A stretch of 64,000 nt of DNA from Podarcis muralis. Lineage: Eukaryota. Location of the stretch: contig NC_135673.1 of the NCBI RefSeq assembly GCF_964188315.1, positions 44,330,001 to 44,394,000 of the forward strand, given 5' to 3'. The notes under the pieces are model-generated. The model was not told where the DNA came from and did not search any database. It worked only from the letters and a program-made list of their open reading frames with translations. Within the stretch, counting starts at the first letter, position 1; each line of letters starts with the position of its first letter. Positions 35,645 through 46,800 of this stretch are shown here, piece after piece. The position numbers and the translations under genes are program-made.

Positions 35645-35780
35645 TTAGAATCACAGAATTGTAGATTTGGAAGGGACCCTGAGGATCATCTAGTTCAACC
35701 CCCTGCAGTGCAGCTGCCCTGGATGGGGTTCAATCCTGCAACCTTGGCATTATCAGCACCACACTCTAACCAACTAAGCT
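35645..35780 (-). mobile_element. tRNA-head / CR1-tail SINE
   Basis: Reverse complement aligns to 33165-33308. Confidence 0.7.
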
Positions 35781-36890
35781 CTTTCTATTTCAGGCATTTG
35801 AAGGATGTTTTCTGTTTTCATGATTAACTGTAATTGATTTTATCTATAGTATGGGGGGGGGTTATAATCTTTATTTATACTTAGATTAGAACCTTTGGTG
35901 ATTAAGTGGTATATAAAAAGCTGAATAATGAAAAAGTGCCAAGGACGGTTTACAATCTAAAAATGCAAGCTATAGCCAATGTTACTTAGAGTAGACCCAC
36001 TGAAATTTATGGACATGAATAACAGGTCCTTTAATTTCAATGAATCCACTCTGGGTAGAACTTAGCTGAATACAACCCCTTATATTAAGATTATTTGAAA
36101 TAATTCACAATCAGAATAGGATGGGTCCAATTATTCACCGGGTGTCAAAGGCCATGGTATTGAAGTGTGTTCGGCATATGACAAAAGCCATGCAGATAAA
36201 GTGCCAGGGACACCTTTGTAAAAAGGAAATTCCACAGTTTAGGAATTAGGGTCAACACACACATGGGTGGTACCACTATAATGGGTGAGAAAGTACTGAA
36301 TCAAAATCTGAGTCTTGGTTCTAATGTCTTCTAAAATTCAGGCAATTGGTTAATTAAACTGAAAGAACAACTCAGATCTGCTTAAAAATCTGATTCGTTG
36401 TTTGTTTTTCAATTTCAGTTTGGGCTTGCTCTCATTAAGATAATCACCGCTTGCCACTCATTTCTTCACTTAATACGTACAGTCTGTGAAAGGAAAGCTT
36501 CTGTGATGAGATGCTAGAAATTCTAGAAACACACACACACACACACACAGTTTTACATAGATTGGCAAAAACTAGTAAGCCCTGCCTGCACTGTAGGAAG
36601 GAAGTTCAGGAGGTTATTGTAAGAATCACAGTGAGCTATTTGGCTCAGCAGGTAGCCAAAGGTTGTGCTTTCCATAATCCCTTGAAACTGACCTAGCTCT
36701 GTGGCCATTGAAGTCAATAGCAAATCTTGAAGAGAATAACTACAAACTTTGGATCTTTTCAAATGTTCCCTCCCATATAGAAATAGACAATAACTTTTGT
36801 ACTCAATGTGAAAAGCATTCCAAAATAGATTTGAAATTGAATGGCTGCCTGCTTTGATTTATGGCTCAAGGCTGCTGCTTCTCCAGAACA

Positions 36891-37111
36891 TAAAGGTAAA
36901 GGTAAAGGGACCCCTGACCATTAGGTCCAGTCGTGACCAACTCTGGGGTTGCGGCGCTCATCTCGCTTTATTGGCCGAGGAAACTGGCATACAGCTTCTG
37001 GGTCATGTGGCCAGCATGACAAAGCCGCTTCTGGCGAACCAGAGCAGTGCACGGAAACGCCATTTACCTTCCTGCCAGAGCGGTACCTATTTATCTACTT
37101 GCACTTTGACG
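36891..37111 (-). mobile_element. Sauria SINE, 3' two-thirds only
   Basis: (AAAGGT)n reversed tail plus body; stops abruptly after gcactttgacgt, so the tRNA head is missing. Confidence 0.92.
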
Positions 37112-39220
37112 TTAAACCAAGTGGCCAGTGCCAATTTTTCAAATGGATAAAAATTCCTACCCGTCCCCTGTCCCAAGACAGGTGATTCACAGAAAGTCCA
37201 AAGCAAGGCTGAGAACGTGCACTAAGAGTGGGAGGGCGGGTGTTAAGCGGTGCCAATCCAGTGCCTAGGGCACTCTTGCACTGATGCTTATATAATTCCT
37301 TAACCACCCCTACTCCTTTCCTGATTGGCTGTGACCCATGATACCTATTTAGAGAAATGAAACTTAGACCTAGAAAAGAAACCAACTGAGTCAGGGGTGT
37401 GTCCAGGAGCCCAGTTGCAAGGACTGCTTTCTAAGGATGATCCCATTAAAGCACTGTCTGAATGCAACCTATATCCATTCTTGAACTAGATAGCTTTTTG
37501 AAGAAAGGACTCCTACAAACAGAGGACTCTCCCTCTGTAAAGTGCAACTCTGTAATTGTGTTTAGAGCAAGACTTTTTATCAGGCCTTCCTGTAACATAA
37601 GATCACACAGCAGCAGTATTCAGAGAAAACTATATCTCTCATATTCACATTATTTTAATTATTGTTTTCATTCTTATTGCCAGTTCATTCATTCATTCAT
37701 TCTTGATATTTCAAGAATCCCAAAAGGGCTTGAATGAAAACATTAAAGTTTTGGTGTGTGGAAACCCAATGAAATAGAAAAGAAGACAAGGTATTCACAA
37801 TAAAAGCAGCAATACACCCAACACCTACTTCCCCCAGCTTAAACATTAAAAAGCCTGAAAATATATAAGTATGCCAGGCATATGTGTGCTACAATGATTA
37901 TTCAAAAGTATGGAGTTAAGCTGATGAATGTTGACAATGACCAACGGATGGTCCTTCATCTCCATTGACCTATTTCTGGGTGATTTTTTCACCTGATGTA
38001 TGCAAGAATGTCAACCTTCCATTGAAACTGCTAATATTTTTGGACACTCACTGCAATCCATAATGGTGTAGTGTCTGAAGCACCACCCAACTGCATTTAA
38101 AACTGAAGTGGCCAAAGAGTAGAAGCATATGGCCTCATTTATTCAAAAGATGTGGCACTCTTTTTTTTTTTTTAATGGCCTGTGCTACCGGGGTTTCCAT
38201 AAGGCAACATCTCCCGAGCGTCATATTTTACACTGCTCTGGTGTTCCTTGCTTTTCCTGATGATTTAGTACAGCTGCAACGAGGCAAACAAAGACATCTA
38301 TTTTGTTGTTATGAATTGATCACCCAGTGGATTTTGATAAATCATTCCTTTCTTCTTATATCATGGAATTACTGGATGCTGAATATGCTCATGCCACCGA
38401 ATAATGCCTTGTAATATATCTCTTGTGTTAATGCTAATGCAGACTAAAGAATAATTATTTGCTCTTTTTATAAAGCAAAAAAGCAAAAAGCAAGCTGTCT
38501 GTATATAATGCTTTATTGTCATGGCAAACCATTTAGGTTTCAGATTATGGCAACACGCTGAGCTTCTTTTCTCCAAATTACTGAAAATACCTTAAGAATT
38601 TAAGCTATTAATTTAACAGAGCTAATAATTCACAGTTAATCAAGTTCATGGTAAGAAATTAACTGCCATTTTTAAATAAAAAGTCTCGGCTGAATATGCA
38701 TGTCTATCTACATGGGTGATTCCTATTAAGTGCAAGGGGGGGGGGACGACACACCATGGAATTATTAGTTAATGAGTTAGTATTTCTAGATGCCTTTCCA
38801 AAAGGGTGAAAGAAAGAAGAAAAAGCCCTAAATTTCCAGTGAGTATAATTACCAAAAAAAAGTGCTGTGGCAGAACAATCATCTTTGGGGGAAAAAAAGA
38901 CTTGAAAATAGGTCAATGCAATTCAAAAACCCATTACAATGAAGCACAGATTTAATATTTCAACTGTAACTCGCAAGAGATTTGTTCAGAATTATGGGGT
39001 GGTAAAAGACAAGCTCTGGAGTGAGACCAAATAGCTAAGGACTCTACTAGTGATGTCAAAATGATGGAATAATATGATATAGGTGCATCTTGTATAGGGA
39101 ACTAATTTGGTTCAGTTTGCATTTTAATGTGAAGATATCACAACAATATGTGAACTGAAAGACAGCTTTTCTTTGAAATCTGCACCTCTCCAAATGTTGT
39201 GGTGCAGTCCTCCAAACAAA

Positions 39221-39310
39221 CATAGCTATCAATTTTTCCCTTTTCTTGTGAGGAATCCTATTCGGAATAAGGGAATTTCCCTTTAAAAAAGGGAAACGTT
39301 GACAGCTATG
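39221..39310. mobile_element. 90-bp hAT-type MITE, copy 1
   Basis: TIRs CATAGCTATCAA / TTGACAGCTATG; TSD caaacaaa / caaccaaa; near-identical to 50303-50392. Confidence 0.88.
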
Positions 39311-39494
39311 CAACCAAATAACATGTATAAATATGTGTATATTAAATTTTGCTATAAAATGCTTCTGTTAGTGAAAATAACAAAGAGACATGCATTATAT
39401 TAGGTTGCTTGTGTAACACAAAGGGGAAGTATCTTCCAGCTCGGAAAAACACCAAGATTTGAAAAAGTACCCCCAAAAAGGGAAGGAAAAATAG

Positions 39495-39653
39495 CAGTGG
39501 CAGACTTTGGTCTCAACGGTGTCTTGTGTGGCACTAAAATTTGAGGGGGGGGGAGCGCCTCTCCTGCCCCATTCTACAGCATTGCTGTGGCGCCCCCTGC
39601 AGCACAGCACCCATTGTGACCACACCAGTCATACTACCCTAAAACCACCTCTG
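39495..39653. mobile_element. Degenerate hAT-like element
   Basis: cagtggcag...cctctg termini flanked by a 7-bp direct repeat aaaatag. Confidence 0.5.
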
Positions 39654-40152
39654 AAAATAGGCAGCTGGAGTGAGGACCCCAAAGTGGCCTAATCCAGGAT
39701 GGTCACAAGGCACTAAAAATTCTTTTATGCAGACTTTTCTCTGACTTCATGCAAATTCAAGATTGTGGTACAGCATGACAAATCCTCTAGTCAGGGCTGT
39801 GTGGTGATAGCCGTGTGTGTGTGTATACACAGTTACAAAGGTTCTCTGTCACTCCAAAATCTCTGGTGAGCTGCAGCAAGATTCCAGGGGGGTTCTGTGA
39901 GCTCACCCAGAACTTGTGTTCCTCCGATCATCAAGATGCAACAAAGACTGGAGTAGCTTGAAGAAATATGATTTACTCACATATTTCTGCCTGAATTTAG
40001 ATGGAGGGAGCCCAGATCTTACAGCGTGGTCTTCTCAAGAAGGGTTCCAGCAGTGTAGCACTGGAGTCCAAGGCATTTTCTCCTAGTTTTATGAATTTAT
40101 GAGTTTGCTCAAATTCTAGCTCTTTGTTGAATCTAGAGAGTCTGCCCCTCCC

Positions 40153-40157
<5 letters not shown>

Positions 40158-40207
<50 letters not shown>
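40158..40207. repeat. Compound (TC)n(AC)n microsatellite
   Basis: Direct reading. Confidence 0.97.
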
Positions 40208-40208
<1 letters not shown>

Positions 40209-41164
40209 TCCAAGTAGCCTTTTTAACCACCCAGCTTAAATATTATGGCTCAAGCGGTAATATTCTTACAGCAGTACCAATGATCTAGAAACTAATTCCT
40301 TCCTGTGACAGTGATACATCACCTTTCTGTTCCACGTTACCACAGGACTGAAGCTATTAATTTTTCAGGCTACAATGATATTGAATCATAGCAAGACTTT
40401 TGTATGGAATTCTCAAACATCTTAATTATTTGCCAGGTTTGTGAGAGCGAGTCACTGCTTTTCCACAAGGATTGACAATCCCCTCTTTTTTTTGCAGGAT
40501 GAGGATGGGGAGTTGCATATGCATTTGGAATATCCAAGCAACTTCACATGCCCACTCTGGAGATATACCGATGCAGCTCTGGAGAAACCAGACTTTCAAT
40601 AACCTATGGAGTTATTTATTTGTTTATTTTTGCAGCGCTGGCAATGGGACAGAGTATCATCCACCATACCTGAGGACATCAAGCTGTCTTAGAGCAGAGG
40701 TGGGGAAGTTTACTTCTGGGAATGAGCTATCAAGGACCACATGCCAACAGTGGGTGGGGCCAGAGGCAAAAGTGTGTAGAGCTAGAGAGACAAATTACCT
40801 TTATGCAGAAGGCTAATTTCTACACACACTTTCACATCCTTTGCTATTGTCTGTCCTTGCAACAAAAAGGGCATCATCAGAGTTGAACAAAGCACAGTTT
40901 GGTTCTTTATCTCTCAAGTTCTGAATCTGTTTGTGATCTCCTCCTCCTCCTCCTTCCCATGAAAACTCATCAGCATGTTCGTGCAAATTTCTCCTAATAT
41001 GCACATTTTTTGTATGCACTTTTGCCTAATGTACAGATTTCTTTTGCAAAACATTTCCCCCTAACATAATGGGTTTTCTGTCTGTTCATTAATATAGTAT
41101 GCATTTCTATGCACACTGTATACTTTTTTCTTTTGGTACACATTACTTGGTTGGAGAACTACAC

Positions 41165-41457
41165 AGCGTCTCCACCCCCATTGTTGTACCCGGACACTGA
41201 GGTCCAGTGCTGAGGGCCTTCTGGTGGTTCCCTCATTGCGAGAAGCCAAGTTACAGGGAACCAGGCAGAGGGCCTTCTTGGTAGTGGCATCCGCCCTGTG
41301 GAACGCCCTCCCAGCAGATGTCAACTACCAGACTTTTAGAAGACATCTGAAGGCAGCCCTGTTTAGGGAAGCTTTTAATGTTAGATGCATTACTGTATTT
41401 TAATTTTTAGTTGGAAGCCACCCAGAGTGGCTGGGGAAGCCCAGCGAGATGGGCGGA

Positions 41458-41507
<50 letters not shown>
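41165..41507 (+). mobile_element. L2 3' fragment with (AAT)n tail
   Basis: Aligns to the reverse complement of the 3' part of 27037-28221. Confidence 0.9.
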
Positions 41508-41621
41508 TTATTATTTGTACCCCGCCCATCTGGCTGGGTTTCCCCAGCCACTCTGGGCGGCTTCCATAGAAACCAAAAAACACTAAAATATCATACATTA
41601 AAAACTTCCCTGAACAAGGCT
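41508..41621 (-). mobile_element. L2 extreme 3' fragment, tail-to-tail with the previous copy
   Basis: cccgcccatctggctgggtttccccagccactctgggcggcttcc is the reverse complement of the L2 3' UTR end. Confidence 0.9.
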
Positions 41622-41640
41622 ATTATTTATTGGAGTATAA

Positions 41641-41678
<38 letters not shown>

Positions 41679-44600
41679 GCAAAGTGTGAATTCTGAAGTG
41701 TTGTTTCCATATTGTTTGAGAAAGTGTGAATTAGGTAGGCTCATCTTTAAATACTAACTGAATTGAATTTCCCATGTATCTACCCTTTCCCCACTCGGGA
41801 TTTCCAGCAACTGGCATTCAGAGGCATAAAAAGAATGAGTACGACTTCTGACCATGGTTGGGGAAGAATCCAACCAGATGAGAAGTGTGCCTGGTCAGTC
41901 TGTTGCCCAGGTGCTTGCTGCTAATGCCGCTCCCACTTCTTATGGTCCTTTAAACTGGACTTGGAATAGACATGGGGTACCTCAAATAGAGGGCAGCTGT
42001 CTATGAAGTAGGACACAAAGTACTCTATTTCTGTGGCATGTACTCTGTAAAACCAAGAACAGCCCTCTTTCCACTTGCAGGCACAATAAAAACTTCAGGG
42101 AAATTCTTTACAAAGATGTCTCTCATACACACTCACACACCTCCACCCCACACTTTTAGACAGCATCAGTAAAGAATAAGGCATTTTGTTTTGCATTAAC
42201 TCTTATTATTGCTACTTTTCTGCTAATCTCAAGCAATTTATTTTCTTCACAAGTAACTCTCTGGCTTTTAATAGTCTAAATCCAGCACTCGGGAAAACCA
42301 ACAGTTAAGTACTGTGGCGCAGCCTATGAAATTCAGCAATATATTCAGCATTAAGACTCTTCCTCTACCACTTGTGCAGATTATCAGCTTTTTAAAAATA
42401 TGTTGTCATGGTGGTTGCTGAATGCAGAAATGAGTGAACGAAAGGTTCTGTAGTGCTGCAGTCCTATATTCCACTATCTGGGACCTGGAGTAAGCCCCAT
42501 TCAACTCAATGGCACTTAAATATATAGAGAGCGCTAATAAAATATTTAAAACTGTTTACAAAATCAATAATGGAACAGACTCCTCTCCCCCCTCCCCCCC
42601 CAAACACCCCTACCTTAATTTTATGTGGTTTCTTTTATTTTTGCAAATTCACTGAATACATTAGGAGATGAAGAGTGGGATTGTGTTTGAATTATTAAGG
42701 GTGGTCACATTTAAAGGGTAACTGATTGATTGCGGTTTCTGTGGACTAGGAACCTACTTTATCATTTGTATTCGGTGTGCATACTCCATGTGGGACTTAA
42801 TGTTCTCAGAGTGATTTAAAACAAAGGTAGGCAAACTAAGAAACATGATGCAAAAATGGAAAAGAGGTGAAGAATGAAGGTGGGAACCAAGCAAAATCTA
42901 GGTACTGATGTCAATGCAGCAAAAAAATATTGGCAAAGAAATGCTTTTTGGAATGTCTCCCAATCTACAGCAATTTTCTGCACACCCCTTCACATCAGGG
43001 AAAAGACTTGAGATAGTCTTTTCAAGAGGAGGGTGTTGAGGATCACATGGCCTTTGGAGCACAGTGGGAAGGGGCATGTAGCTGACTATTTAAGCTTGTC
43101 CCACCCCTAATGCCTCCTGCCTCTCCTCTGTGGTGCCCTCCCTCCCTTGCTATACTATCTGTCTTTGCTAGTTGCCTTTTGTGGGGGATGTATGGGAATT
43201 TTGGAGGAGCCCCTTCTTGACTTGTGGGCCCCATATTTTTTGCCTACTCCACACAGTGGGTCTCCCACCTTGATATGCTTCCTATTGTGTTAATTATTTG
43301 ATTTGTTTGGCATTTAGTGTAGGCAGGGAAAGGAAGTTAAAAACCTAATGGACTGGCACCCTGAGGCATGATGAGCTTAAATGCATTAATGGGTCACCCT
43401 TGACCTGATCTGATAGAGTTGTGTTTTTTTGGTGGTGCTCTTTAGGCCTGGTGTGGCACTTTGCTGAATGCTGAACTGCGAGGCCTGGGTGCATGTGTGA
43501 GAATCCCACCCCACATCTTTGTCTGGGAGCCCATATAGTGCAGCTCATAACATGACCAGTGGATTGGAGGGGTTCTCCCCTCCTAGATCTTTATTCAAAC
43601 ACACCAGCCTGTATTTTAATAAGTTGGTTAAAGAGCTTTACAGATCTTCCATTGCTATATTCAGTAAATATAACCATTTAACCATCTTAGTGTCACAAAA
43701 GAAGTTCAGAAACAACAAAACGATATGAGGTTTTGTGGGGCCCTGATCTAACTGTGGGGTATTGAGATCATACTTCAGCTGAGGATAGGGGAAAGATCCA
43801 TGAATGACATCGATTCACTAATTATTCACCGCCTTCAACCCATTGCTAATTAATCAGAATGGAAAATTGAAATAGAACCATTCTTCCCAACTGGGTAGAT
43901 TTTCAACGACAGGGAACTTTTAATATGGAGCACATTGCCAACATAGCAAGATGTCCATTGTCACTTTTTAAAATGTATTAATTTTCAAGAACATATCCTT
44001 CCACCACCCACTCGATGGAACAGGAAAAAAAATGTCTGCCATTTGCACTAAAGAGGTAAATTACCGGAAAGGTGTGTTAATGCCATTATTCCCAATGCGC
44101 TGCAGATGAGTACCTACCATTAATCTAAAAGACTTAATGTTGTTGTTGTTGTTGTTTAACTTTCTCTTCTTGGGTGGTCAAGAAAGCGGTCCTCACCAGA
44201 GTAAAACCTAAAATGCTGGCATCTGTGAATTGATTTTCTTTCATTCCCCTGCTGCAGCATAACTGTTAATGAAGTTGCTGGGTCTGTTGAGATTCTGGAG
44301 ATTTATTTGTTGTACAGAACTTAATGTCAAGATGAAGTGTTATTGGTAGCTTTACTTTGATGGTTTTATTCATGGAGCAGAATCCTGGAACGCATGGCAG
44401 TGGAGCTCAGCTCCATATATCACTCCTGAAACATAGTTAAGCGCCTAATTTTAACTTCACTTAAAAGGAAACAATTGCATTTAACATGCAAATATTTTGT
44501 AATAAAAATGGTTTTAAAGATAATTTACAAGAATTATTCAGCCGTATAATCGCAAAGTAAAATTAAAGGACTGTTTTCCAAACCCAAATAATTGGATCTA

Positions 44601-44724
44601 GCAGAAGTTGATGCAGTGAATTAGCTTTTTGTGTTACCACTCTCTCCACAATGCGCACATAACCAGTTGTGAATATACTTGTAAATGCTGTGTTTTGATT
44701 TGAATGCCCAAATCAAATCATATG

Positions 44725-44755
<31 letters not shown>

Positions 44756-44925
44756 ATTCAACTGTTTTACAACAAGCAGAAATCAATAGAGAAACAATTC
44801 CCTGGTTTAGAAATGCAGTGACAGGAGAAACTTCCCTTCTTGATTTCTGCCATCCCTGTTAAAGGAACAGATCTTCAGTATACAAACAATGGCAACTTGA
44901 AATCAAATAAGACATATTTAAACTA

Positions 44926-45149
44926 CAGTGGCACCTCGGTTTAAGAACAGCCCTGTTTACGAACTATTCAGTTTACGAAATCCACAAAACCAGGAGTAGT
45001 GTCCTGGTATGCGAACTTTACCTCGGTCTAAGAACAGAATCTGAACGGTGGAAGGCCTCATTAGGTAAAGCGCGCCTCAGTTTAAGAATGGTTTCGGTTT
45101 AATAACAGACTTACGTTACAGATTAAGTTCATAAACAGAGGTACCACTG
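44926..45149. mobile_element. Tc1/mariner (Tigger-like) MITE
   Basis: TA-CAGTGGCACCTC...GAGGTACCACTG-TA. Confidence 0.85.
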
Positions 45150-45984
45150 TACTTCATATTCTTTCAATAGCCTAAGACTCAGCTATACATCTGCAAATAA
45201 ACCGTTTTAAATGTGTTGTAAAGTGCAATACACAAATATTACACTAGATGACGAAACTGAGCTATGCAAAATTCAATGTATTTTTCAAATCATTTTAAAA
45301 AAAGCATTTTCACAGTGGTTTTTTATATGTGTGTAGATTCCACCCTAGTTTTTCATGACCTCTCAATCTCTGGTCATTTTATGGAGGAAAATTAAGATAT
45401 GGTTCACATGTGCATGCATTTCAACTAAAACAAGGACACAAAGACTCTAATGATGGGGTCTGAAACCAGTGGCTCTCTGAATATTGCGGGACTGCAACTC
45501 CAATCACCCATGTCCTTAGGCCATGCTGCCTCGCGCTGATACGTCAACTATTATTGGGAGTCAAATTACATCTGGAGGCTTCTTGGGTTCCTGTATTAGT
45601 TTGTAGCTTGTAGAATAGGGACGTTGGAGAATTCTGATGGAAATCAGAGCAGAAATGGCCACCGTCAATTTATTCATCCCATGTCCAAAATGGAAATCAC
45701 TCCAATCAGTATTCACTGTTGTTGTTGTCATTGCTTGCAGCCAAAAAGCAATGAAAAATTGATTACTCCACCCCCCCCCCCAATTTGCATTGCATTTCTG
45801 TACCTTTGCATCAAAATGAATGGGGTGGGATATCATAAGAATAAGATAATTTAAATAATTTGTTATGTATTTTACATAAATTGCATAATTTTGCTGCAAC
45901 AGACAGAACGATAAAAAAGTGAAATTTGCCCTAGAACATGAACTGCAGCAGAATGGAAGCAGTGCTGCATGTGACAAATATTTA

Positions 45985-46095
45985 GAGGTGCTGCTCAATT
46001 CAGTATTCTCACTGGAGGCCCATTTGGCACCAGTGGCAAGGAATGTCTTTTTCCAGCTTCAGCTGGTATGCCTTCTGTGGCCATTCCTGGATTTG
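45985..46095 (+). mobile_element. Degenerate L2 RT fragment
   Basis: Translates LEVLLNSVFSLEAHLAPVARNVFFQLQLV, similar to LGIILDSQLSMEAQVNSV...YQLHLV in the 27 kb copy. Confidence 0.65.
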
Positions 46096-46506
46096 ACTTC
46101 AGTACATTCTAAGTTTTTTTCTACCTCTCCAGACCAATATTCTGAAACGCTTTCCCTTCTCTGTTCAAATGCATGACTTTGCTACCAGGGAGAAAGAAAT
46201 GAACATAAAATTGTACAAAATAAGGACATCATCTTGGCCTGACTACTTTTTTTTGTCCTCTTAAGAATAAACAAAGAAACAAAAAATATGTATTTAGAGA
46301 ATGTATATGCTAATTTTCACTTGTGTGATGAATTATCTTAGCAGTGTTCCTATGAAACACAATACAACACAATATAAGCTCCAGTCATTAAAACAAAATC
46401 AAAGCAGGAATGGGGGATGGGAAGCACAGCAAAAATGGCCAAGAAAATGTTGGAACACTTCAAGATCTGATCTTACCTTTTTTTTTTTTGTTAAGATGGC
46501 TGGGGA

Positions 46507-46800
46507 CAGGGCTGGCACAAGATACTTTGGCATCTGAGGTGAGCTACAAAATTGTGCTCTCCCCATGAGAGAAAAGGAGTGAGTGAAGATCTACATCAGG
46601 AAAAATGGAATGAATGAAAATCTACATCAGGAATAAGGCGGGGAGGGAAGAAAACCATACCTGACTGGTAGGGAGCTTGGTTGTAGCCAGCCTCTCCAGC
46701 TGGAAAAATACAGTGGAAAAATACAGTGTCAGCCCCCCCATGAGGCAAGGTGAGGTGACCACCTTGGGTGACAGAATCCCCAGAGTCAGCAAATGGCCCC
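46507..46800. mobile_element. Degenerate hAT element related to 26436-26749
   Basis: Starts cagggctggcacaagatactttggcatctgagg (cf. cagggctggcccaagacattttggcacctgag); right end unclear. Confidence 0.45.

Noticed and set aside
14972-35780. tRNA genes
   Set aside because: The A/B-box sequences are SINE heads followed by SINE bodies and tails; no full cloverleaf is visible.
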